From Balanoglossus misakiensis (Eukaryota; Animalia; Hemichordata), in NCBI GenBank assembly GCA_040954595.2, contig CM082577.2, forward strand, positions 18,140,303 to 18,204,302: a DNA stretch of 64,000 nucleotides, written 5' to 3'. A model generated the notes under the pieces. That model searched no databases, was not told where the DNA came from, and saw nothing but the letters and a program-made list of their open reading frames with translations. Shown here piece by piece: positions 25,671-39,401 of the stretch. How positions within the stretch are numbered: the first letter of the stretch is position 1; every line of letters begins with the position of its first letter. Made by a program: the position numbers and the translations under genes.

Positions 25671-28505
25671 CATTTAGAATTATCATCGTAAGTTATTGAG
25701 AAAAAATCGAAACATGCTTGAGATTCTTAGTGGTATCAACATTATATCATATAGCATATCTGGCAGAACATGATTCGAGAAAAATAAAACAAAATTCGTA
25801 GCTTTAAATTGTGACAGAATCGAATCTGCATGTTCGTTGAATACACAACGGCTTGCATGACTCCTGGCAGAGTATGCACTATTAACCATTGCAAACCTTT
25901 GTTTTCAAAGTAAAATCTCAGCGGAAGGAAGAGTAATACGACAACAACAAGACGAAAGTGTTGGGCACCAGATGGAAGCTCTAGAAATCGATAAACGAAG
26001 ACGAGAGATATGTAGCCGTACTATCAATTTGTGACCTGTCGGCCTTTATGCCTTCAGTTAAGTGCATCACGATTAAAGAGGATAAGGCTTGGTTTCCTCA
26101 TTTATGATTTCAAGCAGATATACCCAAGGGTAAAGCTGGATTCAACGTTGTAAATTATTTGCCATGGTTAGTCGTGGAGTATTCATGAGAGATGTACATT
26201 ATTAGTCATATCTGTCACAACAGTAACCTTTATATGGAAACAGAAAACTATCGAAAATATAGAAATCTCACAAAACAACGGGAAATGACGTTCCAATACA
26301 GTAACTGTTTTGGCACTTTAGATGGTAGAATTAACATACATGTTTTTTTTTATTTGTGAGAATACAGGTTGAATGTTAGTTGAATTTTTCCGAGAAATTA
26401 ATCAACAACATCAATGTACAATTTTGAGAGATTTAATTACTAATTTTTTTTTAAAAAGTGACTTTTTTACAATGACTTTTAGAAATTAAAATTTAATCTA
26501 AATATATCACATCTAAAAAAGCAACGTGGATTACAAAATGATGTAATACAAGTTATAAAGAGGCGGCTTTTAGCTCAATTCAATCTCGGCATTCTTCCAC
26601 TAAAACTGAAACTGGTAGATCGTCAAATGCATTTATAAAGGAAGACATGTAAAGACGCAGTCGAAAACGTGTGTTTGTTTCACTTGAAAACGTGATATAA
26701 CATAACATAACAACATGACTTAACTATGTGATGTGTATTTCAATTTTTCTCAATCAAATATTCTGGCGTCTCTGAGTTATGCATATTTGCGACTGACTCT
26801 CTTAATTTACCACAATTGCTCTAATTGTGCACAATTATTGCCTAATCAAGGTATTTTCTTTAGGCGGATATTTGCACTGCCAAAGTACATAGTGTGTGCA
26901 TGGTTTAATACATTTCCATGTGGTGAATGCACCAAGTCTCCAGAGTAAAATAAATTAGCAGTCTCATTTACTTGGTCCTTACCATCTTATTTCAGCTGTC
27001 AGGTACAAGCAACACAAGAAGACACTCGTAGTAGAATTATGTTTGTCTTATATATCTGATAAAAAATCCAGAGGAATCATGCCTTTGCAAAGGGTAAGTG
27101 GGACTTACAACCATCCCACGTGGCCTTTAAGACATAAATGATAAACGACGAAAATTCCAGCGCTGATATAGGTTTGTATTGTAACAACTGAACTACTCGT
27201 TGTAGCTCAACACAAAGCATTCCCAAGAGCATTGAAGAAAGGATATGTTGATCGTCTCTGCAGGCAAAGTCGATACTAGAGTGGTAATAAATAACCCAAC
27301 TATACTCGCTTATTTTTAAAAATCGGTTTGTGTCATACCACACAGACAAATGTAACTCAATAATATGAAGGTGGCATATTGTGATTCATAATATGGTCCA
27401 TGCAACACTTAAAGCATGACTAAAGATCCATGCGGTAAATTACGCATCGTGTATAATTAAAGCGTTTATTTTTAAATGATCATAAGCAATGTCAGATAAA
27501 ATGGAAAAATAAATTGATCACGAAACGGTTTTATTGGACTCAGAGACGGAAAAACTTAGCTTTTCTCCGCGTACTAAATTTGTCGTTGGTATTTACGTTT
27601 TGCTGTAAGGGTGGTTGACGTCGAGGAAATTGGTTATCTTCGTCATTATATTTCATGGTGGTTCTCTCAATTCTGCTTGACTGTCTGTTATGTTTTGTTT
27701 TCAGATTTGCTAAGCTACCATACCTGTACAGGCTGTCGCTGTTTTGTCTTACTTCTGTGATAGGTTGTACGATGATTTTCTGTTTGCATCCTGGTAATTT
27801 GCAATTCGCCAATTCGCTTATCTTGAAAGATAATGAATTATTGGCTCAAATAGTGTTCTTTCTTATTTCCTATTTTGCCAGATTTGTATGCCAATCTTAT
27901 CTTATCTTATAAGATTGACAAATGGACTGTACCACCTAATACACAATCCGTCGTCAAAGAATCAAATAATGACATTCAAGCAATAGGGTTATGACAAGAA
28001 TGCAATACACACGCCCAAAGTTTGTTTGTAAAACCATGGTTACACGGAAGGAGCCAGATGTTTCGTGCACGTGCGTAGTAATTGTGCGTGTCGATCCTCA
28101 TGCGATAAATGGAAACCCTTAGACCCGCAGGAAGTAAGAACCCTTTGGCTTTGTATATGGATGACGGAACACAAGTACACAATGAAGTCAAAGATTTGAC
28201 GGCCAAGAGAACAACAGATGCGGGAAACACCCGGCAGAATGGATGCGCATCTTTGAACAAGTGAGATAGCCATGTGTAGATAGGAGACAGCAATATCAAG
28301 TAATGTACACCCAGCGGTACACATATCAAGATATTATGCATGGTACATGTATAACAGTGGGCAAAGGAGGGGTAGCAATATGACAGTGAAACGGTGAAAT
28401 GACAGAAATACAACTGTCAGCGAAACATTGATATACAGTGACAGAGGTACATAAGTTAAACTGCTGTTTATACTGTGGCGGCGTATTTTAGAACTATGTT
28501 CGTGA

Positions 28506-28690
28506 TTTTAGCTCCCGTTCAAGACAGGGGGCGGGGCTTATATCGTAACGATATGTGTCTGTCTGTGTGTAATGGATATCTGAGGAACGATCAGACTTCA
28601 GCTACTTTCGGTCGACAGCTGCTATGGGATATGACAAGAACATTTAGTGGCAGGAGGTTGCATATTATTTTATTTATTTCTTTATAAATT
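28506..28690 (-). mobile_element. Short HINE-like terminal fragment
   Basis: TTTTTAGCTCCCG...CGGGGCT hairpin-like end followed by (GTCT)/(GT) repeats, as in the other HINE ends here. Confidence 0.4.
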
Positions 28691-29495
28691 CATTTATTAG
28701 GAAATCCCGGGGGACTAAGTGCCATTTACGAGTTCCTAAAATATCTTAAAAAGAACACACACAAAACGGCAAACAAGAACTCCAAATGTACAGGTCACAG
28801 AAAAATATTTACAAAAAATGCATAAAAATGTATAGAGTACCCCTATAGATGTAAATAAATAAAACTGTACTAGTCACACCGAGAAAAGCTCTGAAATATG
28901 GCGTTTCTTATGTCAGTCATAGGTTCAATAATGAGTTTCTATAAGATCAATATTTTGATCTGTGCGAATTTAATCATCATACACGAAACCCCCCTATATG
29001 ACGCGGATTTCGGTAAGACGATGCAAATGTGAAAAAGTCAGTCTACTGGCTAGTTGTACTGTGCGTGCTCCCGTATTACCATAAATTCGCCGAGTTTATG
29101 CCTTCCATTGTCATCCAATCTTACATATGATATTTAAAAAATAACTCATGTTAGCGAGGGCAATATCATGATCGAGGGATGGTGATCTCTGGCCATAATA
29201 TTGATGATGCCTGAGCCGCAGCAGGCAAACTCAAAGCAAAAAGCACACCATATTCAGGGCTAACTCAAAACGATGCAAAGATAAATTCTTACATGTTCCG
29301 GTTTATTATACAGTACCGCACAATATTTCCTGTGTTTATTGGAAAGAAAGATGGTTCGTGAATAGGTCGATGACTCCATTTTGTACGACTCCATAGCAAG
29401 CTTCTTCAGCTCATATGTGAACGAGCTCTGCATCGACGTCATTCTCTTTCACCAGAATGGGAATTTCAAAAATGTTACTGAAGGCATTAGTGTAA

Positions 29496-29774
29496 GGCCA
29501 AACAAAAAAATATGTGCTGTTCCGATTACCCGACCTACCCTAATTTTAGCCCACCGACCCTAAACTTGTTTGAGCTTGTAAACCGGAAGTAAAAGTAACG
29601 ATGTCAAATATACAACATTTATGAAAATTGTGAGAATCACGCAAGACCTTTTTACACTTTTACACTACGGCGGCCAAAGATATAAAAAATGCAAAATAAA
29701 AAAAAAATCCCTACCTACCTGCCCTATTTTTGAAAACCGTGTAATCGGAACAGCACATATTTTTTTATTTGGCC
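29496..29774. mobile_element. PIF/Harbinger-type MITE
   Basis: TIRs GGCCAAACAAAAAAATATGTGCTGTTCCGATTAC and GTAATCGGAACAGCACATATTTTTTTATTTGGCC. TAA on both sides. Confidence 0.85.
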
Positions 29775-31613
29775 TAAGCTATAGGGCGCCGATATCCCCG
29801 ATTATCGATTAACGAGGGGGTCGTGGTTAAAATATTAGATGTGTTATCGACCCCAAATCCCTGATAGTATTACAATTCCATATGCTAATTCAACCTATCT
29901 TGACCGTTTGTACTGATGAATATAAAGATGTTGTTTCTTCAATTTGACAGGTGTATTACTATATTGTATCCCGTACATACCTCAGCTGAACATTTTCTCG
30001 TCGCCCCAGGTTTTAGTAATAACCAAGACCAATACAATTTACGTCTAGGCCTAACAAGTAAAATCATGCGATTAGGTCAGACGTGTGTGTCCTACCTTTA
30101 AAGTGCTATGCTGACTGTACAGATCTTAGTATATCGGGAAATGAGGTCGTGATAATATAAGCTGAATCGAAGTTCATGCAAAATGAATACAATGAGATGG
30201 TGCAAATATTTTTACACCTATAATTTGATCACGTCTTCAATTTAATACTGCAGGCGATACTTCAATTTCCCTAAAATGAATGTACACTCTGGGAACATAC
30301 TGTGGAAACTATAGGGTACCTGCAAAGACATTCTAAAACGTAAAAACGGACTCTAGCAAGTATTTTCAATACTAAACAAAATAGTACATGATGTCATATG
30401 ACTTTTTTAATTTCCACGTATAAGAAGGGCATAACATTTGTCACGGATTGTTTTTTTTTGTAAATTCAGATAATAAATTTTGATTAGACTTAATCAGACA
30501 GAAATGTCTTTTGTATTGAATATACGTGTATAGAATAAAATTACTGTGCGATGAGGTAGAGTACGATTCGCTATCGATCATCGGATCAATGATGGAATCG
30601 TCTTAATTAACCTCTTGTTCCGTAATTATAAGTAAATCTGCAGTACACCCTCCCTGATGGCTGAATAGTACACAACAATTTGACAAGGTGTGTAATTTTA
30701 CACGATTCGGTTTAAATTATCAAGCATTTTATATGAAGACACCAAGTAACTAACGTCACAGCATCGCGCAAGACCAGCAATGTGGACATCATTCACATAC
30801 TCATAGAACACAGAACAATACGACACACTTCAACTAATTCCAGCGAGATTATGTAGTGCCAGTAAGGTGACAAGGCTATTAAACACATTTGATGGGATTT
30901 CAAGTCCATGTAATCTGCTCAATCGCACTAGCCTTGCAATATAATACCCCCTCCGATGAATTTTGGATAAATGGATGATGCCAGGTATAAACACAGTTTA
31001 ATTACACCTATTTTATGTTCAACATATACTCGTAATTGGCAACTTAAACTTCACGTACATTTGGCATGCAACTCTTATTATATAAATGTTGCATTTATTT
31101 ACAGCAATGTTATTCACTAATCCATATATTTAATTAGAAACTATATAATTGTCATAATCGGAATAGCAATGGATTTCGACGAAAATGTCATTGCGAAGAA
31201 TAATGTTGGGTTTATTTTCCGAGGCCACATTTGATATGTACACATAACATATACACAATTCGCCGTAAAGTGTATGTGTATACATCAGTCTTCAAGGTTA
31301 ATTACAATGTCATGAAAGTCATTGACCGAACTCCACCTGGTTTCCATTGAGTTAGTATTTGTCATGGTTACAGTATTGTAGGTGTTTATTGTAATAGAAA
31401 CTCTCACGATTAAATCAATTTAAAGCAAACTTTGTTTGAAAAAATCATTACCACAAACATTTCCTTGTAACTGCCACTAAAGTAAGCTCTTGTTTGAAAA
31501 GTATAGTATGTACCACTTCCTCGGATACCACCGTCGCAATGGCACGAAGTTTTATGTAAAGTGGATGTCACTATAAAATAGCAGTAAAACATCTAAGTGA
31601 GTGACTGAGAGAG

Positions 31614-31790
31614 TGATTGATTGATTGATTGATTGACACGTTAATGAGTTGGTTAGCGACTAAGTGAATAGAGAATGACTGACTGACTGACTAAATGAAT
31701 GAATGAATGAATGAATGAATGAATGAATGAATGAATGAATGAATGAATGAATGAATGAATGAATGGAGAAAGAAAGAAAGGAAGGGAGGA
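31614..31790 (+). repeat. Compound tetranucleotide microsatellite (GATT)n/(TGAC)n/(GAAT)n
   Basis: Direct reading of the sequence. Confidence 0.95.
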
Positions 31791-32352
31791 ATGAGTAGTA
31801 GGTTATGTGATTGTTCAGGTTCATGTAAATTACGTTCTCTGATTGATTGATTGAGTGAATACAATCACACGTGTACTGAATAAATCGAATTAGGTTTCAG
31901 TAATTTGACAAACGCGAAATGAAAACAGCTGAATGGTCAGCATTAACCTCGTACTTTGGTAATCCTTACCTTACGGGAAATGGAGAAATCAGTTTAGCAC
32001 CCCTTCCTAATTGGAACTGGTAGCAATAATTGTAGTCAATTTCTACCTGAACAATGCATTAACCTCCTTGGAGGCATCCTTGCGTTGTTTGCATCAACGC
32101 TGAGAAGTTTCTATCTAAATCGATTTTCTTGTATAATGATTTCGATTCATGACCGTCGTTTGTTTGGAAAGGAAAATAATCGGATTACTTGTCAACTGTT
32201 CATGGGAGACGTAAAATCCAAGGAAGAAATACGATCGAATATCAATAAATGTTCCGAATTTACAAACGTGTTTACATATGTGTATATCGGTTTATCACAC
32301 ATTTTCGTTAGATATAAAAATGATACCTCATATAAATATTGATACTACGAAC

Positions 32353-32645
32353 TGTATGTATGTATGTATGTATGTATGTATGTATGTATGTATGTATGTA
32401 TGTATGTATGTATGTATGTATGTATGTATGTATGTATGTATGTATGTATGTATGTATGTATGTATGTATGTATGTATGTATGTATGTATGTATGTATGTA
32501 TGTATGTATGTATGTATGTACATGTATGTATGTATGTATGTATGTATGTATGTATGTATGTATGTATGTATGTATGTATGTATGTATGTATGTATGTATG
32601 TATGGATGGATGGATGGATGGATGGATGGATGGATGGATGGGTGG
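32353..32645 (+). repeat. Long (TATG)n grading into (GATG)n microsatellite
   Basis: Direct reading. It explains the spurious MYVC and HTYI ORFs. Confidence 0.97.
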
Positions 32646-35285
32646 AAGGCTATTAGAGAATAGCCGGTCGCACTGAGATAATTGTCTTGACCAAGAATGC
32701 TTCGATAGACGACACATTTTTTTAAAACTCACACCAGCGTAACGAAGGTAAAGGGGGATGTAATTTGCCGCGTATTTCACTTCAACCGCCTGTCCGGCCG
32801 TGCCAACTAAGTTGTGAGTACGCAATATATATTGAAAGGAAGTGCATGATAAGATAATTATGTGTTTGCCATCTTAAAGACAGAAATACAATATATAACT
32901 TTTAAGCATTATTTTTGGAAGTAAGGTTGCGTGACCTATCGCCTTAATTAATTGAAAATCACTGAAGTCTGAGCACTGCTGTTTCTGACATGTGCACTTT
33001 AGAGATAACCATGTTTCAAAGATGAGTTATTTGTCAAGCAACTGTAGAAAAAAGTTCATGTAACCTCTTCTGTTTCTGACGTGTTCTCTTGTAGTGAAAA
33101 CGACTTTGATTTTTGAAAGTAAATGTTTCAAGTAATAAAGCAGTAATAATAGTTGTAATTAACATTCACGTTCACAGAGAATCCACGAAAGCCTCATTTT
33201 GATTGTCCCATCTCTGCAAAAGTCAGATTCGAAACACAATACGATGGCACATGGTCGTTTGGCCAGTATCAATTGGATTTCATTACCACGAGTATTTCTG
33301 AACGAGCGAATGGAAAGAGAACCAATGTATCTTCCAGACATCGTATGAATCGAATTCGACTCGGTTTCCATAGAAATCTTTGGAATTACTGTTGGTCGCG
33401 CAGACTACTTAAGTTATTCTACCAAACAGAGTTGTAGACGAAAGCGTACTTACGGAGAATCGACGTCAAACACGACATCCTTTCGCGTCGTGCACAACTT
33501 GCGACAATCGCCTAATGTACTGTTCGGATCGGAATGTCTATTCAGCGAACATGATTTCCTTACTCATCGACAACTGAGCCCATGCAGAGAACATTCTGAA
33601 CATTGATAGTATTGTAAGAGGCGGCCATATATGCACCTCATTATTTACGTGAAATGTTTCATACACCTTCAGCCACCTATACATCAAGTTAGGAAGAAAT
33701 GGTATAAATCATGGAACTGCTCATAGATACCATATCACCGATGTGACCGTCGTGTGTGACCGGCAAAACCGCGGCTGAGCCTGACTACTTGCAAGCCTGT
33801 GATGCAACAGTTCTGACACAAACATTGAGCATGTAGCTTCAGGAGATGTCTGATAGGATGGCTTGTGAGGATGAGACCTAAGAAATTAACATTTTGAAGT
33901 AAACATTTGTCTGTTAATTATCGCGCTTAGTATCTCCTAAACTTACATATTTTCTGAAAGCTTAGATATAGGAGTAGAATTCTGTAACTTCAATGTAGCG
34001 ATTGTTTACACAACTATCACGTGACAAGAAATTTAAATTGCCTCCGAAAAAAAAACGTTTAGAGATATCCGGCTGAAATTTGCGTGAATACAAGCTGTCG
34101 TAATTATCATACAAAGCGTGTTTCGGATTTCTTTTATCCAACTTAGTTTTTTTCGTAGAAAATTCTTTAAGGCGATAGACTTTGGTAATTCACCTCTCCG
34201 GACGTTTTCGCGCCATAAAAGTTTCACAACTACGACATCACAGATTATTGGTGTCCTCGTCGACAAACTACAGATGCAGAACTTATTAGTATGCAGAATC
34301 ATATGATTTGACAATCCAATTACAACATGTAATTAATCAACTAGCCAATATTCCTGCCATTCACCAAATTATATTTAAATATATTGAGTCATTCCACTCG
34401 AACATAAAAATTCAACTCTTGTAAAATACAGATACATATAACTTCCCAATATAAATGCCATTCACCCACAATGTTGGAGTAATCTGTGTTGGTGCTCACT
34501 TGAACAAGTATATCATATTTTTACACGTTTCCCGAAAATATCCGCGGATCGATTTATCGCTATATAGAGGCCTGTCCTGTGTGTACAACATGAAACGTGC
34601 CCTGTGTGTACACCTACACAAAATGAAACAGAGAGCGAATAGTAAATTTATATCCTTGAATGGCTTAGCATTTTGCACGGTACGGAACTGTTAAAGCTTC
34701 ATTCTATTTGTGTGGAATAATGGCGCGGATGTCGATTATTGGTGCAATCAAATAATGGAATAATTGATTTTCTCATATTGCTTTTAATATGGAGAACAGT
34801 GTGCCTTTTCATTGACCTTATCGCCGTGCCAACTGTAATACTAAAGTCAATTTGTCAAGATCAGCACTTTGACACAACTTGTAATTTGTTTGTAAATGTA
34901 AATAATGAACCACGAACAGTTTGGAAACCTAATTGGTGATGGTTCATTGTTAGCATGTACATTATTCAAATCTAACTATTGTTTGTGAAAGTCCTTGACA
35001 ACGTACACTAAATTGATTGAGAAAATTTATGTCAAGAGGTTTTACTCACTGACTGGAAAATCAGCTCTGATCCCTGGTTAATGTGAAATGTATTGGTATC
35101 AGGGGACAACCTGTGTGTTTTGGCCTTCTCCGAGTCCAAACAACATCGACCGAGTAAAAAGAGAGAGGACGCCATCCGATATGATAGCAAGCTTGGCAAA
35201 AAGCGTTAAGGCAATAGTATAATTACAAGCGACCTCGCGGCCAATAGAGATCCGCTGTTATGTGATGCTAATTTAATGAACCTAC

Positions 35286-35505
35286 CTTTTCGATGGACAA
35301 GGTTTACATATCCAAAATTACAATGGATGAGAGCCGCACTGGCAGACTCTTCATACTTGAGCTCCTCAGTTTTGTTCTCCTTCCACCAGTATTTCACATG
35401 TACAACAAGCTCATCTTCACATTTCGTGGTCTTCATGAACACTGTTAGTGACTCAGCAGTGCTTTGTAGAAACCTCAAAAGTGGCCAACTGTTGTTGTTT
35501 TGCAC
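35286..35505 (-). CDS. Possible internal coding exon (220 bp) of an unidentified gene
   Basis: Acceptor TTTTCAG and donor AAG|GTAGGT on the minus strand. Only one frame is open (VQNNNSWPLLRFLQ...NLVHRK). No homology recognised and the pyrimidine tract is weak. Confidence 0.25.
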
Positions 35506-36749
35506 CTGAAAAGCCACTTTTATACTCCCTTTGTCCCAACATTTTTTGCTGTGACCCCCATTCCCCCTTCAAATGGATTTGATAGATTTCAAACAAATTA
35601 TCTTCCAAGTTTAAAAAAACAAGTTTAAATCGGGAAGTGCAAAAAATTGTATCAAAGTGTATTTTAGGCAAGTTCTGTGTTTACATTAGTTTAACAGCGG
35701 TAATGATATGCGATTATTATACTAAATAAGAAAAAAATCTCAAACCTGCTAAAATAAAATATTCACCAAGTTTAGATTATATAATGGTGAAAAAATATGA
35801 CAACCCTCCCAAAATTCTTTTTTAAATGTCGTTTTACAAAGATGCTACAAAAACTGTCATAATCTTAGAGAGGTTATTGACAGAGGGCGCTTTTCAACAA
35901 ATCTGGTCGGTTTTACGTTGATTCCCCCATTTTTATTTAACAGATTAAATCTTTGGGTGTCATCGTATCAGCAGTATTAATTTCAGTATGATCAGAGAAC
36001 CTTTGTTAACGAGGTGTATGCATTCTACCTTGACAACACAATTTGAAAACGACGTGACATAATAATGAGTGTATATCAATACTGCTAGTATATAAGGTAA
36101 TTAAACATAAATTAACGGCGAGATATACATATAATTGAAAAAACAACACAATGTGATATTACCATATAAAATAAAACTATACCCCATCATAGAAATAGTA
36201 TTTTAATAGCGAGATATTATTGTTGTGCTATACCCTGCAAGATCCAGACAACAGCTTGTTATGTAACACACCCCCACCAACAACATTCATCGACAGTCAT
36301 AGATAGGCAATGACTGATCCTCTGAACTCCGCCTTGGTGTGTATATGTGACTTCAAATGGTAGCTAATACAACGGCAAACTCAATTACTCGGTATTACAA
36401 CAACAGCTTTAACGATAATGATATCACTGGGTTGTACCGGAACAAAAGAAGGGGGATGAGTGTGACCATGCATACGCTATGGTGACGAACGAGACGCTTT
36501 ATGTTACCAATGTCACTTTCGATATGCTGCAGTAAATTATTTCTACATTTATTTGTGTTTAACGGCATTTTTTGTTTTAGTTTTATGGTGTAAGACTGGA
36601 AACAGATCATAAAACTATGAGAATTCAATAGCTGTAAAGGCGAGAATACTATATATTACAACTCACTATTGTCATTGGGACGCTAGGAATAATTATAACA
36701 GCAGTATCAGCCAAAGGTCTCTTATGTATGAAAATGACATACTTTAATA

Positions 36750-37175
36750 GAACAAGGAAGACATAAGAAACTCACGAGAGAACAGACTCTGTATTTGTAA
36801 TGACGGCAGCATCGAAAATGAGTATCACTTCCTTTTGAATTGTAAACTTTACAACCCCTTAAGTTCAAAATATCTCCCTCCCCATTACACCATAAACCCC
36901 AGTATTGATAAATTTAAAACCTTGTTATCTTCACAACACAACGAAACACTGAGAAAGTTGAGTACCTACTTATTTTTTGTTTTTGAGTTGAGGAAAAAAT
37001 ACCTCGAGAGAAATTAGATTTTGATTTTTATTCGTCCTAGTACACGAATTAAGTTCTGTATATATTGTACATATTTCAAAGGTCACTGTTAATGTTAATG
37101 TAAAGCATTTTGGCACACAAGGCTGGAGGCCTGCAGTGCATTCTGAATAAATTATTATTATTATTATTATTATAA
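36750..37175 (+). mobile_element. 3' end of a 5'-truncated LINE (RTE-X/CR1-like)
   Basis: C-terminal Cys/His motif ENRLCICNDGSIENEYHFLLNCKLY, followed by a 3' UTR, AATAAA and an (ATT)n tail. Confidence 0.75.
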
Positions 37176-37699
37176 ATGACATATTTTCCTTGTATCAGAC
37201 ATGCAATCGTAGTTACAAAATGTCAATAAAATTTCAAAACGTCTCTTGTTTGTCTTCTAAATTTTAATCCACCCGATTTCGTCATATTGTTCGTGGACAC
37301 GCCAAATCTGATTGAACATTGGTAACAAACATTGCGTTCACCAAAGTTAAGCAACTACAAAACAGAGGGATGGGAGGTTGAAATGCAAACTGCTATGACA
37401 AAGTAAAAGCAGCGTGTACGAGCAGTGCCGCCTGCAAAAGTACTGAGCCACAAGGCGAAAGGTGGCCTTCCCTGATTGGCTGAAAGTTGGTCATGTGAGA
37501 GTAACTGACCAAGCGTGATTTCAACACCGCTCGAAGATCTAGTATTTAAACCACACAAAACTCAACCAGACTTTGGTGTCAGGGAGGCTTTATTTAACTA
37601 CAGAAACTCGCCACTAACTATAAATATACATATACTGCCCCAAATTCCCAATTAAAATACTATAAAGTAGAACATCAAGTAGAGGGTAAACATTTAGCA

Positions 37700-38600
37700 A
37701 ACACGTGTAGTTAATTAACCTTGAAAGTCAATGGTAAGGTCAAATATTGCAAATAAGCATCACTTTTCCAATCATCCGTGATTTCGATAACATCACTGGG
37801 AATACCACACTGCAGTGCCCTGGAAGCACCCCTCTACGTAGGCTGTGGGCTGAATAAAAGTGTGGCTGCACCCCTGATTTGCTTAAGTGAAGGCGGAGCT
37901 TAGAGCTAAATTTCCCTGGTAACAAAGGGTGGAAAGAACCATCTTTCTCAGGAAGCACAAATGCTGGGCCATCTTTGGGTACTGCAATGGAATAGGAAAA
38001 TGCACGCAGCACAGTTGTGATAGGGCACAGTGGATGTTTAGGGATTGCAAGAAGAGGGACTAACAGCTTTCTATCACGAATCTGGATAGTCTTGGTCCAA
38101 TGCAAGGTGATTGAGAGCCCCCAGTGGTGAATCACAAAAGAATTGCGAGAAAGATGTTTGGAGCTATCAAAACCCTTGACAGAGGGGGCTAAAAAGTTTG
38201 AACGTCTAAGGAGCCCAAACAGGCTGCCAGAACACTGAATCAAAAGCACTACTGAAATCTAACTGGCGATAAACTGCAAGTAGTAAGTGCCGTTCCCTTC
38301 TCCCTGGCGATTCCCTTTAAAACTAGTAACAAAAACCAATTGTCTTGCAATGGGTTGGTAAACCCACACTCTAAATGCAAAATGAGAACAATGTTCAAAT
38401 ACAGTCTAACAATGGAAAACTTAAGTCTATGAGCGAGAAATGCAGCATATCTGCAAACCATTTCTGCAGAGGCTGGAACAGGTGGGTAACCCACTAAAAT
38501 GCAAAGTTCTAAGTAAGACTTCCAGTGGGTACTGTGTGTACGCTCTGTATTGGTAGCAAATGCATTCGATCTGTATCTGGCAACTTCCAAATCAAGTTGT
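37700..38600 (-). pseudogene. Tyrosine recombinase of the Ngaro/DIRS element (frameshifted)
   Basis: SAM-like N-terminus (AFATNT...W..YL..C...YAAFLA...YL). Catalytic motifs GLLRRSN, WTKTIQ, LCP, HSLRRG, and WKSDAYLQY in a shifted frame. Confidence 0.9.
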
Positions 38601-38713
38601 GCTTCCAGCTGCTGATCTTCTGGATCTATGGGAAAAGGGCCAGCAAAGCCATTTTAGACCTATAAGCAGGTAATGAATTGTAGGTACAGATAGGGTGATA
38701 CACACCCCCTGGA

Positions 38714-38950
38714 TCAAACGGCGATAGCAAACGCAACAGCTGACCCGGCCCCATGCAGTCTAGAAATCGCATCTGGAATAGCGTTCAGTTTGCCAGGAAC
38801 ATACACTGCTTGCACAGAGAAATTGAAAACAGCAGATAACCAAAACAGTGAACGCAGGCTATCCATAATTACAGCATGTTTTGACATTCCTTTATTTATA
38901 ATATGCATGGCTGTCATATTGTCTGTATGAAGCATCACCTTGATTGAGGA
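38714..38950 (-). pseudogene. DIRS-type RNase H C-terminal part
   Basis: LHTDNMTAMHIINKG...LRSLFWLSAVFNF..QAVYVPGKLNAIPDAISR. Confidence 0.88.
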
Positions 38951-39401
38951 CATTGGCGAAGAACCCAATGAGGGAGATTACCAGCATTCGAGCAGCTGTG
39001 CGGTGGGAACCGCATGAGACTTTGAGCCCTGTAAAGTGATCGAGGGGCCATCATAGTTCACTGTGTGTAGGGTGGAAACCCCAGCCATGTATACAGTTCC
39101 AATACAGGTGGAGGGAGAAACCATTCAAGCGATTGTGGACACAGCAGCGGAAATCACACTAGTGTCTGACCAGCTGTTCGAACGCTTGGAGAGGAAACCG
39201 CCACTTATTCATGAGATGACTATGCGAGCAGCAGAACGTGAAATGGCAATGAAAAGTCTGAAGGTTGGACCACCAGGCATTAGGCAACTTGGCATTAGGC
39301 AACATGGCATTAGGCAACATGGAGTTCCAGGAACCTGCATGTGGATTTTATGAAAGAGAGGAAAGTCACGATCGACATGAACCACACTACCCTGTGCGTA
39401 G

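Noticed and set aside
28110-29442. Short exon-like ORFs (METLRPAGSK... on +; MTSMQSSFTY... on -)
   Set aside because: Each has a plausible donor site, but there is no recognisable homology or further support.
32278-32825. Several 70-165 aa ORFs
   Set aside because: They are translations of the (TATG)n/(GATG)n microsatellite.
33159-33580. Exon-like minus-strand segments with a GTAAGT donor
   Set aside because: The implied intron is under 50 bp and the peptides are unrecognisable.
37740-38590. Phage integrase or bacterial contamination
   Set aside because: The adjacent DIRS-type RNase H and split direct repeats identify a eukaryotic YR retrotransposon.
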